Origin: Octopus sinensis
Lineage: Eukaryota
Length of the DNA stretch: 64,000 bases
Reading direction: 5' to 3'
NCBI RefSeq assembly: GCF_006345805.1
Contig: NC_043008.1
Location: forward strand, 56,916,001-56,980,000
Position numbers and translations under genes: made by a program. The notes below the pieces were generated by a model. It had not been told where the DNA came from and did not search any database. It saw only the letters and a program-made list of their open reading frames with translations. The number at the start of each line of letters is the position of its first letter. Positions within the stretch are counted from its first letter, which is position 1. This document shows, in pieces, positions 26,357 to 39,897 of this stretch.

Positions 26357-27210
26357 ATATATTATGTGTATATATATATGTGTATATATATGTATATGTA
26401 TATATTATATATATATATATCTATATATATATATATATATATTATAATATATATATATATAATATATATATATATATGCATATATGTGTATATATATATA
26501 TGTATATATGTATGTGTGTATATATATCATATATATACATATAGTTTAAATTTTCAGAAAAAAGACTAACAGCGGAAAGAACAAGCAGATGAATAAACAC
26601 ATACACACACACAGACATATTTACATGTATACATACACACACACACACACACACACATGGATGTATATGCATGTACGTGTAACTAACTGTGTGTGTGCAT
26701 GTGTGTGTGTATGTATGTATGAGCGTGTGTGTGTGTATGTGTGTGTTTGCCTCTATACAATAATCACCGCATTTCCAACTTCTCTTTTCGAATTACAAAC
26801 AAATTACATATGTTTTATCATCAGTTTTCTTATATCATACGATTTGCGTAAAAAAAATTTACATTCTATGCATTATTTTTCTTTAAAATCTTACGTAACT
26901 TGAATTCAAAATGAGCCTAGAAATACCTTTGTATATATCAAATTTACATATATAATTTCTGATTGTTGCAAGAACGAATCTGTTTTTTTTTTTGCTTTTA
27001 TGCTACTGAAAATGAAAAGACATATACCGATTTTTGATCTTTTTTTTTTACATATTGAACATATTTCATCTTCGACCACATATTCAATATTTGATCAATT
27101 TTCCGCAACTCGAATATATTCGATGCAGCAGCTCTGGGTTGGAAGACGCGCCGTGGCAGGCATCGGCCCATGTGTGTAGATGTGATTAAGTAACATCTCT
27201 AGAGGCTCGA

Positions 27211-27290
27211 TGTGGAGGCGCGTGGCTTAGTGGTTAGGGTGTAAGCATCATGATCGTAAGATTACAGTTTCGATTCCTGGACCGGGCGAC
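27211..27290 (+). mobile_element. SINE group B head only
   Basis: GTGGAGGCGCGTGGCTTAGTGGTTAGGG...GTTTCGATTCC, abutting the opposite-strand group A element. Confidence 0.75.
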
Positions 27291-27656
27291 GCACAAGGCT
27301 CCAAATTTTGGGGAAAGAGGCCAGTCGATTAGATCGACTCCAGTACGCCACTGGTTCTTAATTAATCGACACCGAAAGGATGAAAGGCAAAGTCGACCTC
27401 GGCGGAATTTGAACTCAGATCGTAAAGACAGACGAAATACCTGCTTCTTTACACCCCACAAGGGGATACACACAGAGGGGACAAACAAGGACAGACAAAC
27501 GGACCCCAGTGCGTAGCTGGTATTTATTTAATCGACCCCGAAAGGATGAAAGGCAAAGTCGACCTCGGCGGAATTTGAACTCAGAACGTAATGACAAACG
27601 AAATACCACTAAACATTTTGCCCGTCGTGCTAACGTATTTGCCAACTCGCCGCCTT
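27291..27656 (-). mobile_element. SINE group A heterodimer (first unit tail A1, second unit tail A2)
   Basis: Two bodies with a junction at ~27440; the distal unit ends in CCCCAAAATTTGGAGCCTTGTGC. Confidence 0.88.
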
Positions 27657-28323
27657 AGCATCCGCATAATTTCATTGTCGATGTTCCGTGTACCCCTGTC
27701 ATAGCCCTTATACAACAGTTTGAATATTCTTTGTTTGTGATGTACCAATTTCTTTTTCTACCTTATGCTACCTAAGAATACCTCATCTAATATATTCTGT
27801 CCTGTTTTAAGTCATTTGATGTGGTTCGAGAGAGATTTATTTGACTGTTAGTACAAAGAATCCGATGTTAAGGCAAAGACGCTGCAACTGATAGAAGTCT
27901 TTCTAAACGTGACCATCCCTTTCTATTTTTCAACTGTAATGAACCAGGAACTACACTCTTCATTATATGTCTGCTGTTTCAAAACTGCTGATGAATTCCA
28001 AGAGATTTCTGTCTACGTACAGTTTATATTATTGAGTCGTAACTTATGCTATAACATATTAATATTAATTCGATGGCTTATATCGCTTTAGTTTCAGTAA
28101 GTACTTACGCCGCTAGACAAATGATATCAATGTTATATATAGATTTAATCACTATAACATACCAAGTAGATTATTGATTTAAAAACCATATGCAATCGTT
28201 AAATATGCTTATATGATGTTTTATAAGCAACGCAATAAAACTGTATATTGATTTCATTATAGAATAAAACAGCGTTACTGGCTATTCAAAGACAGAAATT
28301 GAAATCTCGCCAGACCGTCTTAC

Positions 28324-28395
28324 ATCGGAGCCAATGCTTGTAACAGTATTAAGTTTCTGCAAATAAGATTCCATTGATGACCACTTTCGTTGCAC
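28324..28395 (-). CDS. Candidate 72-nt exon, unknown gene
   Basis: TCATGTTCAG acceptor and GTAAGA donor. Phase 0 gives VQRKWSSMESYLQKLNTVTSIGSD. No homology recognised. Confidence 0.2.
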
Positions 28396-29186
28396 CTGAA
28401 CATGATAACATACAACTGCTGTGGCACCTCTTTATACAAATCCTTCACCAAATAAACATCTAGCAACCATAGTAAGTTTCTCTTGTTTTCATCCGAGGTT
28501 AATCAATGTTTCTCAGTTCATTGATGCTTGGGAAAATACGCAGACATGTTGTCTCGCCGAGAATTTGTACAATCGCCAGATGTATCTCAATGAAAAACCG
28601 AAATGTGTTAGAAATATATTGTTAAAATATATTCATCGTTTGAACGATGTGGACGAGTAATAGAACGTAATTAATCTCGTTGAAACAATTTAGAATACAA
28701 ATGGAAAATCATTGTTATTCAATGAAGTTTCTTGAAGATTAATTCGAGAGTAATTTGTATGTTTGAATACTAATGACATTTGCATACATTCATACATGCG
28801 TACCTACACACATATGGGCGCACACACGCACAATCACACAAACACACATACATGCGTACATACACGCACACACATATATATACACACATATAGAAGCATA
28901 CATACATACATACGCATATATATACATGCACATTCACGCATTCATACGTGTATTTATACATACAGCCATACATTCATCCATCCATCCCTCCCGCCATATA
29001 TACATACATGTTCTTACACACACGCTCATGTGTATATTTTGTTGGAACAGACGAGTGTAATCTGCGACAGGTTTTGTTCCCATTTGTAAGCCATCACATC
29101 CTTCGCTCGAGATAAATTACACGAAGCACAGAACACAAATAATAGTCCCAGACCAATTGTAGTTGCTAATTGTTTAACAGACTTAC

Positions 29187-29303
29187 GATTAATGTTCTGG
29201 CTTGTTTGAGTCATATTGTGAATTCTCAGTGGGGATGCAGCCTCACCATTAATTGCTGAAGTATTAGCAGTGGAAAGAAGAATGTGCTGATATAAACGAA
29301 TAT
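29187..29303 (-). CDS. Candidate 117-nt phase 1-1 exon, unknown gene
   Basis: CACATTCAG acceptor and GTAAGT donor; only one frame is open: (D)IRLYQHILLSTANTSAINGEAASPLRIHNMTQTSQNIN. Lies in non-repetitive sequence. Confidence 0.33.
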
Positions 29304-30134
29304 CTGAATGTGCGGATATAACTTAAGATATTTCAGTTTTGCCGAAGGAATTGAGATCTTGGAATGATAAACTGTGTGCAAACTTTTGCTAAGGTAGACA
29401 TGATAAACAATGTTTAAAACTTTTGCTGAGGTAAACATGACATGCGATGATAATACATCTTGTTATAGTTGCTCTTTTGACATTTGTTGTCTAATGATCT
29501 TCGTCAAATATTTATCGTTCATCAGAAAAGACAGAGAAAAGAGATTATATTTCTGCGAGATACTTCCTCTCCCGCTGGTATAAATACATGATTATCTCCT
29601 TCACCGAGTTCTACTATCTTTCTTTAACTTCTTTGGAGTGAAACTATTCTAATTGTTTGCATATTTATAAACAATATACAACGCAGGCATACGTTCAAAT
29701 TCCTCATCGTTTCACGTATCACCTCGAAATGTATTTAATTCCCTACACTTGCTAACAACACTACAGTACTTGAAATACAAGAGCTGTGTGTGGAACGATT
29801 AATACTTTTCTTTCATCAATTTCAGAATTCTATATACTTTTCCTTTCAATGATTATTTCCACATCTCCTAATGTAAATTTCCAACTTTTCTCCATTCTTG
29901 GAAAGCCACGGTTGTATTCTGATAAAGAATATATTTGCTATGTGATGCATCCTAAATTCTATTTGAACTTCATTATCATTTCCCCCAACATCCAATAACT
30001 TAACTGAGTATTATTGGTCAAGTAAACACTCAACACCTCTTCAACGAAAACCTTTCAATCCGAAATGTTAGAGATGTTTGTTAAGCAGGAAAGTAAAATT
30101 GAGTCTCCCCTTTGTTAAATTTTTACTACGGAAT

Positions 30135-30412
30135 ATCTGTTCCTTCTTGAGCCATGCCTGGCTCATTAGGGCCGGTTCCCCGGTTTCCTTGGCGTATAGG
30201 TTCCCAACCTGAACGGGACGCCGGCCAGTCGCAGGTGAGCTCCAGATGCAGGAGGAAGGAGTGAGAGAAAGTTGTGGCGAAAGAGTCAGCAGAAGTTCGT
30301 GGAGCTTAGGTGTTTCGGTCACAAACACATACATCTCCCGGTCTGAAATTCGAACCCGTGATTCCTCGACCGCGAGGCCGCTGCTCTAGCCACTAGGCCA
30401 AGTGCCTCCACA
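30135..30412 (-). mobile_element. SINE group B (head H1 + tail T2)
   Basis: Head like 34290; tail GACTGGCCGGCGTCCCGTTCAG...GAAACCGGGGAACCGGCCC like 45058. Confidence 0.85.
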
Positions 30413-30625
30413 CATAACATCTAAATTTCAGAGGCTATCACTATTTTTTCCTGGGATTTATTTCTTGGTTTTTAATTTGCGGATGAGGAAACTCATCTAC
30501 ACTTCAACGTGTCGCAACCATACGTACTGTCGTTTTGCAAATGAAAGTTTCATTTAATAAAACATAATATACTAACCTCATCTTCAGAGCTTCGAAGAAG
30601 CATATATAGATAATAGGAATGTAAA

Positions 30626-30702
<77 letters not shown>

Positions 30703-30870
30703 ATATGTGTACGCGCGTGTACCTATATGTGTATTTAAAATATGTATTTATATATACCAGCAGATATACCGCCCACTGAACTGCTTTCTGCTAGTCAAAC
30801 CCGGAGTGTGTGTGTTATAATAGAGAGAAATATGCGTGTGTGTGTATGTGTGTGTGTGAGAGAGAGAAAG

Positions 30871-30906
<36 letters not shown>

Positions 30907-32590
30907 AGGAGAGAGTACGTTGCAAGCAATGAATGAAATAAACTTGAATTGAAAAGATCATGTAAATAAAAGCTTGTTGAAAAGTATCTTCTACCGAATA
31001 TTTAAATTTGTGAACTTGAAATATTCAATAATAAAAGAAAGTTCAGAAAGTATTTTTTTCTGCAAACTTCAATTTATAAAAAAACCTAACTTGCTTAGTA
31101 AATATTTATTTCAGTAATTTATCGTAGTTGTAATATATCTGGAAATTAAAGAAACTTTAAGGTAACCCTAACACGTTTAGCGTGCTAGAAATAGCAGCGA
31201 TCACATAGTTATTATTCTAAGACTTATAGCGTTCCTAACAGTCATACCAGCAAAATCACTTCTTAATTCGTTTTTTAATTATATTAGTATACTATATCAG
31301 AGAAGCCCTAAAGTTATACAGCTACGTTATATAATAACATCTATTCATTCAATAAATATATTTTTTTACTTTACGTAAATAGAACAAACTGTGTGTTTCG
31401 AAAACATTGAAATGTATATATATTAAATTATCATTAAGGAAAATAGAAGCGAGAGACTGTTGCAAATAAAAACGGAAAATTTCGCCTGCAACAAATTAAT
31501 ATTATTTATTAAATCTATTCCGCAGTGAATGCAACGAATATTTAAATTTGTGAAAATTTGAATTCAACGTGTTATTTGCCTAGTTTTTGTTTTATTTTTG
31601 TTATGCTTTGAATTATACTCCGTACTACTCATGTGCAAAACGTGATATATTTCTAAGTTATAGAATTTAACCATACGGTAAACATTTTTTAAAATCTCAT
31701 GTAACATATATGCGTTAACCTTTTTGATTCCCAACTCCCGGAGACCGTCCCTAGTTCTATAATACAAATTTTCTGTTTAAAATTATCTATATTAATATCT
31801 ATTAACATTTCATGTCTGTTAATATTTCAAACGCTACTTTAGAAATGGCAATAATATTTTATTAAAGTTTTCATTATTTTCAAAAATATTTGAAACAAAG
31901 GCAATGTGGTTAGACAGAAATATGTTAATGATACAGTTAATGGCACCTTTCTGGCGGCATAATGGAATGTTATTGTCAGTAATGTTTTCTTGGCAATGTC
32001 GAAATTCCAACAGGGAATACTACCAGTAGTTAATGCCGAGAATAAATTTTAAATACTATATCACGTAAACGTTTTATTCTCTTTTTATATGCAATGTATT
32101 GAATGAAACTCTTTGCAACTTAAATATATATTCAGAAATAAAAGATTACTAATCTACTTCATAAATACTATTTAAAAAACACATCATTTAACACTTTTGA
32201 TATCAATCTGCTTGAGAACGTTCTGGCATCTATGGTATATCTATGATATAAAATATTTGATTTGATATGATCTAGCTTAAAACATTTCAGCAAATTTCAG
32301 GTTCATTTATGTTCCCAACACCAGCTTAATGATGTAAAAATTCTTTTACTGAAGAATTCATTATCGTCAAAATTTACTGAAATAAACTTTTAAATGTTTT
32401 CTTTTATTCGTTTCTAAAATTTGGCTGCTGCCATGCTAAGGCACCATCTTGGATTACAAGTAGTTATTTTTTAAGTTTGGTATTTATTATATAGGTTCGT
32501 TTGTACGAAACGCTAAAACACTAAATTACGAGAATAGTAACAAAACATCGGCCGTCAAGCACTGAAGTGGGAGACACACACAAGCACAAT

Positions 32591-32629
<39 letters not shown>

Positions 32630-32650
32630 ACACACATATATATATATATA

Positions 32651-32790
32651 CAGGGGTTGGACAAAATAATGGAAACACCTAGCATCATAGAATCATAATT
32701 TTGAAGTATCTATAAAACCGTCAAAAGCTTGTATTTTTATGTGTTTTGATTTATTATTAGTGTTGCTTAATATGTTTTGCTAAAATTGCT
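32651..32790 (+). mobile_element. Tc1/mariner-like terminal inverted repeat, single end
   Basis: TA|CAGGGGTTGGACAAAATAATGGAAACACCT; no partner end seen in the window. Confidence 0.55.
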
Positions 32791-33882
32791 AAGTTTGAAC
32801 ACGAAACTACTTGGTTCTTAGCCACACAGAAGTCTGTTTTGTCTTTCTTTTTTAAGGCAAACGTTGAAAGAGAAAAAACAAGCAAATATGGTGCACCTAT
32901 GTATTCCTAGGTTACAAATGACGTAAAGGATTTATAAACCTCTTGGAATTAAGCGCACAACAAGTTTTTATTGACCAGTAGGTAACTTCCTACGCACTGA
33001 AAACTCTTTCTACCAACATAGATATTCTCTCTAAATTGAGCACAAGGCCATCAATTTTGAGAAGAGAGTCAGTCATTTAACGGCTCCGAAAGAATGAAAG
33101 GCAAAATGACGTCGACAGAATTTGAACTCCAGATGTAAGGAGCCGGAACGCATTCTCTTAATCATTTTTTCCTACGTGCTAACAAACCTACAACCCAGCT
33201 GCGTTAACCTACATAATCTTAACAGTAAACTGAAGGCGCTAGATTAGCAAGAGTACAGAGACAACTAAATAATTTATGTTCAGGGTTTCGTAACCTTACG
33301 TTCTGAGCTTAAACTCCTGCTCACGTCCGCTTCTCTTTCATCTACTGATCAAAATAAAAAAAAAAGAATGAATTATTAAGGTGATATAATCGATTATACG
33401 CTCATATGACCTGGAGCTTCGAGCTATGGTAGCAATCAAAGCATAAAAGGCAGAACATTATGTTGTTTAAGATAATAAATATAGTAGACTATTGATAGCG
33501 TATAGCACTATTCTCTTGGAGGACCAATTGATCTCATCAATAAACTATTCAACATGAGTTAAATCAAAGATTTTCTCTCGGAAAAGAGATAAACGGCCAT
33601 CACAGAAATATATAATCATGCTTTATTCTAATTTCGTCTGCATATAAAATTTTAAACAAAAGCATTGCTATAGATATTATCAATATTAGGACGCTGAACC
33701 TAAACTCCATCCGTTTTTAATTTCATATCAACCATAAGGCAGTACTTTCATGGTGTGAACTGTATGAGGTGTAAATATCAACATCAGTAGATTTTCGTTT
33801 ATCACATGTTTCTACTATATTTTTGTGCTAGAGGAAATAGGAACATATTATAACAACAGAGTTGTTCTGTTAAACATATATA

Positions 33883-34112
33883 TATTTCTTTACTACTCAC
33901 AAGGGGCTAAACACAGAGGGGACAAAACAAGGACGGACAAACGGATTAAGTCGATTACATCGACCCCAGTACGTAACTGGTACTTATTTATTCGAAGCCG
34001 AAAGGATGAAAGGCAAAGTCGACCTCGGCGGAATTTGAACCCAGAACGTAACGGCAGACGAAATACGGCTACGCATTTCGCCCCGCGTGCTAACGTTTCT
34101 GTCAGCTCGCTT
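33883..34112 (-). mobile_element. SINE group A monomer with 17-bp TSD
   Basis: TCTGTTAAACATATATA at 33866-33882 and 34115-34131. Confidence 0.95.
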
Positions 34113-34289
34113 CCTCTGTTAAACATATATAGTAGAAACGAAACTGCTTGCGATACACATTTACAGCTGTACAATAAAAAAAAAACCTTAGCTACTACTT
34201 CAATTGACAACTTGCAAGAAATAACAGGTCAAATTTCTGTCCACATGCCATTTTGTTCTTTTGAAAAAAATATATACAGAAAAAAAAAA

Positions 34290-34675
34290 GTGGAGGCGCA
34301 ATGGCCCAGTGCTTAGGGCAGCGGATTCGCGGTCATAGGATCGCGGTTTCGATTCCCAGACCGGGCGTTGTGCGTGTTTATTGAGCGAAAACACCTAAAG
34401 CTCCACGAGGCTCCGGCAGGGGATGGCGGTGATCCCTACTGTACTCTTTCACCACAACTTTCTCTCACTCTTCCTTCCTGTTTCTGTTGTACCTGTATTT
34501 CAAAGGGCCGGCCTTGTCACTCTCTGTGTCACGCTGAATATCCCCGAGAACTACGCTAAGGGTACACGTGTCTGTGGAGTGCTCAGCCACTTACACGTTA
34601 ATTTCACGAGCAGGCTGTTCCGTTGATTCGGATCAACCGGAACCCTCGTCGTCGTAACCGACGGAGTGCGTCCAT
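34290..34675 (+). mobile_element. SINE group B (head H1 + tail T1), full length with TSD
   Basis: A box TGGCCCAGTG, B box GTTTCGATTCC, 3' end GTCGTAACCGACGGAGTGC, flanked by ATACAGAAAAAAAAA on both sides. Confidence 0.93.
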
Positions 34676-34824
34676 ACAGAAAAAAAAATAGACAACGTTG
34701 TCCTAAAAATGTCATATCTGAGACAAAAATGGAAAGCTCATGACTGCAACGTCATTTACAAAATTATTCGACCTATTAGAAACAACAGCTAAATCTCAAA
34801 CATAGCCAACTACCTGATATAAAG

Positions 34825-35241
34825 AAGGTGGCGAGCTAGCAGAGTCGTTAGCACGTCGGGCGAAATGCTTTGCGGTATTTCGGCTGCCGTTACGTTGTGA
34901 GTTCAAATTCCGCCGAGGTCGACTTTGCCTTTCATCCTTTCGGGGTCGATTAAATAAGTACCAGTTACGCACTAGGGTCGATATAATCGACTTAATCCGT
35001 TTGTCTGTCCTTGTATGTCCCCTCTGTGTTTAGACCCTTGTGGGTAGTAAAGAAATAGGTATTTCGGCTGCCGTTACGTTGTGAGTTCAAATTCCGCCGA
35101 GGTCGACCTTGCCTTTCATCCTTTCGGGGTCGATAAATTAAGTACCAGTTAAGTACTGGGGTCGATATAATCGACTTAATACCTATGTCTGTCCATGTTT
35201 GTCTCCTCTATGTTTAGCCCCTTGTGGGTAATAAAGAAATA
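34825..35241 (+). mobile_element. SINE group A dimer with 12-bp TSD
   Basis: GATATAAAGAAG at 34816-34827 and 35242-35253; junction GAAATAG|GTATTTCG at ~35058. Confidence 0.95.
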
Positions 35242-36089
35242 GATATAAAGAAGCACATATTTGATGCTATAATCTTCGATACATTATCACTGACTACAAG
35301 AATCCCTAAATACCAACCATTATAAAGCTGCTTTATAAGGGTTGGCTTCGCATGTGGTATTAATTATGCTTTCATCATATGGTTGCTTCTATTGCACAAT
35401 TCTGATGCGTGCGTGCGTGTGTGTGTATGTGTGTATGTGGTGGGATATAGCTGTTTGGTTTTATATTGCATATAGCTGCTTTCATTATTGTATAATTTTC
35501 ACATTACCATTTTGCTGAATCGGCTATAAATTCATACGGTAAATACTATATACTGACAAGTAGGATTTACCTTAACCATCCAGGAATGGAGTAGCCACTA
35601 CAGATAAGTTTGTAATTTTCAAGCGAAACTAGACTACTATAATGATCTAGCTTCGCTGTGAGTTGGTTATCTCTTCTGTCGGCATCTGATAAAATGCTTT
35701 GTTGCAGCGCTCTAAGGGATTTTAAGTCTAATTTCGAGCAATATAGATGCTACACGGCACCTATATTCCCTTTTCAGTTTTATATTAAAACACCGCGATA
35801 TGTGAGAATCCGTGAAGTAGAAACAGTACTGTACTGTATATTTTTTCTATTACTGTTAAAATTTGCATATATGCATTTTACTATAAATGGAAAGCAACAC
35901 CACAGAGGGATCAACGTAAGTTTGAATAATAAACCACAATAGGTGAAGCGCGATAAGTAAAACGCAATAGGTAAAACGCAATAGGTGAACCGCGATATGG
36001 CGAGGGATTACCCTCTCTCTATATATATATGTATATATATATATGTGTGTGTGTGTATGTGTGTGTGTACGTGTGTGTGTGTGTATGCC

Positions 36090-36310
36090 TGCGTTTAGGA
36101 GTGTCTATGTGTTTGCGTGCTTGTGTTTGCTCAATACCGCTTCACATCTGGTGCTGAAGTCTTGACGTCCTCGTAACCTAGCGATTTCGCAAAGAGATCG
36201 ATAGGCTAAGTACCAAGCTTTAAAAAAATATACTGGGATCGATTCATTCGATTAAAATTCTCTAATGTGGAGCCCCAGCATGGCTGCCGTATAATTACTA
36301 AAACAAATAA
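36090..36310 (+). mobile_element. SINE group C 3' half, decayed
   Basis: GACGTCCTCGTAACCTAGCG...GCCCCAGCATGGCTGCCG...CTAAAACAAATAAAA. Confidence 0.7.
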
Positions 36311-36871
36311 AAGTTAAACAACATAATTACGTCGTACGACTTCAATAAGAATTACTCAATACAGAAACAGTATTTAGAACTTAAAAATCTTTATTCTTGA
36401 CTATCCAAACGGTAACAGTGACGAGTGCCTGTAATATATTTGGAGTATCATTTGGCTGGAACCTCCAGGAAATATATAGAAAGATAAACAAAATACGACA
36501 GCTTATTGATATTGTATTTAATTATATAATTATATTCACATTTCTTTAAAAAGTGAATTAAAAATTTACATATATAAAGCAAAAAATGTATAAGTAGATT
36601 GCATTGCTAAGTTTCATGAGAGTTACGAAACCTCACGAGATTTGACAATACAATCGGCTTCTATGATTTTCTTTGAGTAACTGACGTAAATTTATTGCTA
36701 ATGAAATACGCGTAAAATGATGTCAATAAATTCTATATACAGAAAGTCTGTTGTTACATATGATGTATGAATATGTATATAATTTCATATGCATTTATGT
36801 ATAGTCATATATGTATATATATATATATTTATAAGTGTAGGTCGTATACGAGTGGGTATATATTTATAAAA

Positions 36872-37335
36872 AAGAAGTTTGAAAACACCACTATATAAGA
36901 TATATTTTAATTTTCTTAGAGATTTTACATGTGTCGGTTCATCTTGAAAGAACGAACCTTATCAAAAGTATTTTTAAAAGTCCATGTAATAAAAAGGTTC
37001 ATAATTGTTTCTTACTGGTCTCAACAGAATCCACGTGGTGGTTTTTTGTGGGGAGTAAGCATAATAGCTGTCTTATGTGTTCGAATACAACTAAAGAAAA
37101 ATCTTTACTTTTCTTTAGTTTTATTCGAACACATAAGACAGATATTATGCTTACTCCCCACAAAAAAACCACCACGTGGATTCTGTTGAGACCAGTAAGA
37201 AACAATTATAAACATTTTATTACACTTGACATTTTATAATTATTTTTGATAAGGTTCGTTTTTTCAAGAACCGAAACATGTAAAATTTCAAAGAAAATTA
37301 AAAGTTATCTTATATAGTGGCGTTTTCAAACTTCT

Positions 37336-37336
<1 letters not shown>
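36872..37336. mobile_element. ~465-bp fold-back element with 8-nt loop
   Basis: Inner ~100-bp arms (37001-37100 / 37109-37209) are nearly perfect; outer arms are diverged. Ends AAGAAGTTTGAAAACACCACTATATAAGA and TCTTATATAGTGGCGTTTTCAAACTTCTT. Confidence 0.9.
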
Positions 37337-37366
<30 letters not shown>

Positions 37367-37427
37367 TATATATAAGAAGTTTGAAAACGCCACTATATAA
37401 GATAACTTGTATGTATATGTATGCATG

Positions 37428-37471
<44 letters not shown>

Positions 37472-37826
37472 TCACATCCCCTCCTATCTTTTCTCCTGTC
37501 AACATTGTCCCTCAAGCGTTCGCCACCTTACTTCGTATTATGGCCTACCGGCCCTCACTATTTGTTTTCACTGTCCTGTTTTCCCCCTCCGCAAATCCCA
37601 AATCTTACTTTGATTGCGGGAGCAACTGTTTTCTCGAAGGCACATATTGTCGAGAATCGCTCAAAATTTGAAATATATAAACAGCCGACAACTGATGAAG
37701 GGTATTTTTTTATGTTACCTGTCTTGTTTCCCATCTCTTTCTCTCGTTGTTCGAAAAATATTGTTCGACTTCGTATTTCATGCTGGTTACGTTTTGAGAC
37801 GTCCTATTCCCATATATGCATATATA

Positions 37827-37906
<80 letters not shown>

Positions 37907-37922
37907 GTATATATATATATAT

Positions 37923-37967
<45 letters not shown>

Positions 37968-38052
37968 CATACATATATATACATATATATACATATATGT
38001 ACATACATATATATATATACATATATATATATATATGTACATATATGTATAT

Positions 38053-38094
<42 letters not shown>

Positions 38095-38095
<1 letters not shown>

Positions 38096-38293
38096 GGTCC
38101 CGGGTTGATTCGGGGTTAACCACAGTAAATAAGGTACTCAATACATAGCAGAGTAAAATTAATTTATTATATAGAAGGAGCTTCTACAGGACTAGAACTG
38201 TTTCATTCAAGAGAAATCTTCAGGAAGCTTCCTGAAGATTTCTCTTGAATGAAACAGTTCTAGTCCTGTAGAAGCTCCTTCTATATAATAAAT
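38095..38293. mobile_element. Perfect 132-bp loopless palindrome (38162-38293) with one-sided tail; Penelope-like terminus
   Basis: Symmetric about 38227.5 (CAGGAAG|CTTCCTG); embedded between (TA)n tracts. Confidence 0.8.
38226..38276 (+). ncRNA. Type I hammerhead motif (mirror copy on minus strand at ~38179-38229)
   Basis: Stem I AGCTTC/GAAGCT; CTGAAGA (38232-38238); stem II TTC-TCTT-GAA; GAAA (38251-38254); stem III CAG/CTG with CTAG in the loop; GUA triplet. Confidence 0.65.
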
Positions 38294-38294
38294 A

Positions 38295-38331
<37 letters not shown>

Positions 38332-38337
38332 GTATAT

Positions 38338-38403
<66 letters not shown>

Positions 38404-39544
38404 GTATATTATTTATATTATTATATGATTGAACTCCGCCGCGCATCCATTTCCAAAAATTTATATATATACAAGCATGCCTCTATGTATGCATATACAT
38501 CTTCATATTTACATATCTATATTAGTGTTGTTTCGACACTTCACAATCCATAGTAACCACCATATCCGTTCCCTATAAATAAATAATAATATTGCAATGT
38601 AATTAATACAATCCCTCGTGCAAGCTTGCATCTATTAGTTCACTGATGGTTAAATAGCTCGTAAAATATTAAAAATTCACCGAGTCCATATTGATAATTT
38701 CAAATTTTATATCCAGTCATACGTGATTTTTTTGTGTTTTTTTTTCTTTTTTGCTGTTTTATAATTATTTCATATTTTGCTTTAAAATTTATGATCGATA
38801 AAACTCATCAAATATGTGCTGCCAGTTATGTATCTATTATATCAGATATCGTAAATTTTCCTCCTTAATCCCTTTTTAGGTCTCTAATTGACGAGTAGGT
38901 TTTAGAGTTTTCACTTAGACCGTATAGTATGTAAATGGCTTCAATTTACCGATAACAAAATTCTGTGATAATTACTGGAATTGCTTACTTGGAGTTATAG
39001 CATCGTGTTACCCATTTCCAAGTAATTACATCTCATAGTTATTTCAATATCTGACTTTGATCTGTGTCACTTGTGATTAATTAGCAAATATTTCCCCATA
39101 ATGTTGCCAAACTAATATCCGTTGGTAATTCACCAAACTTAACTTTTAGCTATGATATAGGAAAACTTTGCTGTATTTAAAATATCACTTCACTCCAACT
39201 ATTTTATGCTTTTCCACAAATCCCTATATGGATAAAGCAGGGATTAATAAAAACCCTATTAATTTGATCCCATTAAAATACTGATTCTGGTTATATGTGT
39301 TGTTGTTTTTGTTGTTCAAGTTTCCCTTGTTGTTGTTTGAAGACAAGCCTTCAGTTATTACAGCGGTTTATAATGAAAAGCAATTTCCAATCAGGATTAT
39401 TTTGTGTATTAGATTCGACCCTGGTTCGGTCGAGAAATACTAAGTGTATTGATCGGAGACAGCGGATCATAAAATTGACCTCCACGTCATTTAATTTCGG
39501 CAGAACTCCTTAATTCTCTACTCTTAATTCTGTTATCATAGCTA

Positions 39545-39805
39545 CGCCATTGAGAGTGTTTTGCGTAGGATGTGTGCAGTGCCCAGTAGTGCAATTTTCT
39601 GTATGTTATATATAGTTTTAAGTACTGGTATTTTTGTTATGTATTTGTCTGAATATTTTTTTATCATACCTAATGCGCCTACTATGATAGGAATTGTTTC
39701 TGTTTTTAGATTCCACATTCGAGTTACCTCTATTTCCAAGTATTTGTATTTTGTAAGTTTCTCCATTTCTTTTAGAGAAACGTTGTCATTTGCTGGTATT
39801 GATAC
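39545..39805 (-). mobile_element. R4/Dong-type LINE 3' fragment (restriction-like endonuclease C-terminus)
   Basis: KEMEKLTKYKYLEIEVTRMWNLKTETIPIIVGALGMI...IQKIALLGTAHILRKTL; the truncated 5' end abuts (ATT)n/(TAA)n. Confidence 0.85.
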
Positions 39806-39856
39806 ATCAATTACATCAGTTATTATTATTATTATTATTAATATTATTATTATTAT

Positions 39857-39896
<40 letters not shown>

Positions 39897-39897
39897 T

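Noticed and set aside
34290-34370. tRNA gene-like A/B boxes
   Set aside because: They are the head of a SINE with body, tail and TSD; no complete cloverleaf.
35735-36012. Possible Tigger/pogo-like end (GAACCGCGATATGGCGAGGGATTAC)
   Set aside because: No matching opposite TIR or TSD was found, so support is too weak.
37694-37770. CTGATGAAGGG motif in a pyrimidine-rich repeat
   Set aside because: Possibly a PLE relic, but no closing stem II or stem III could be built.
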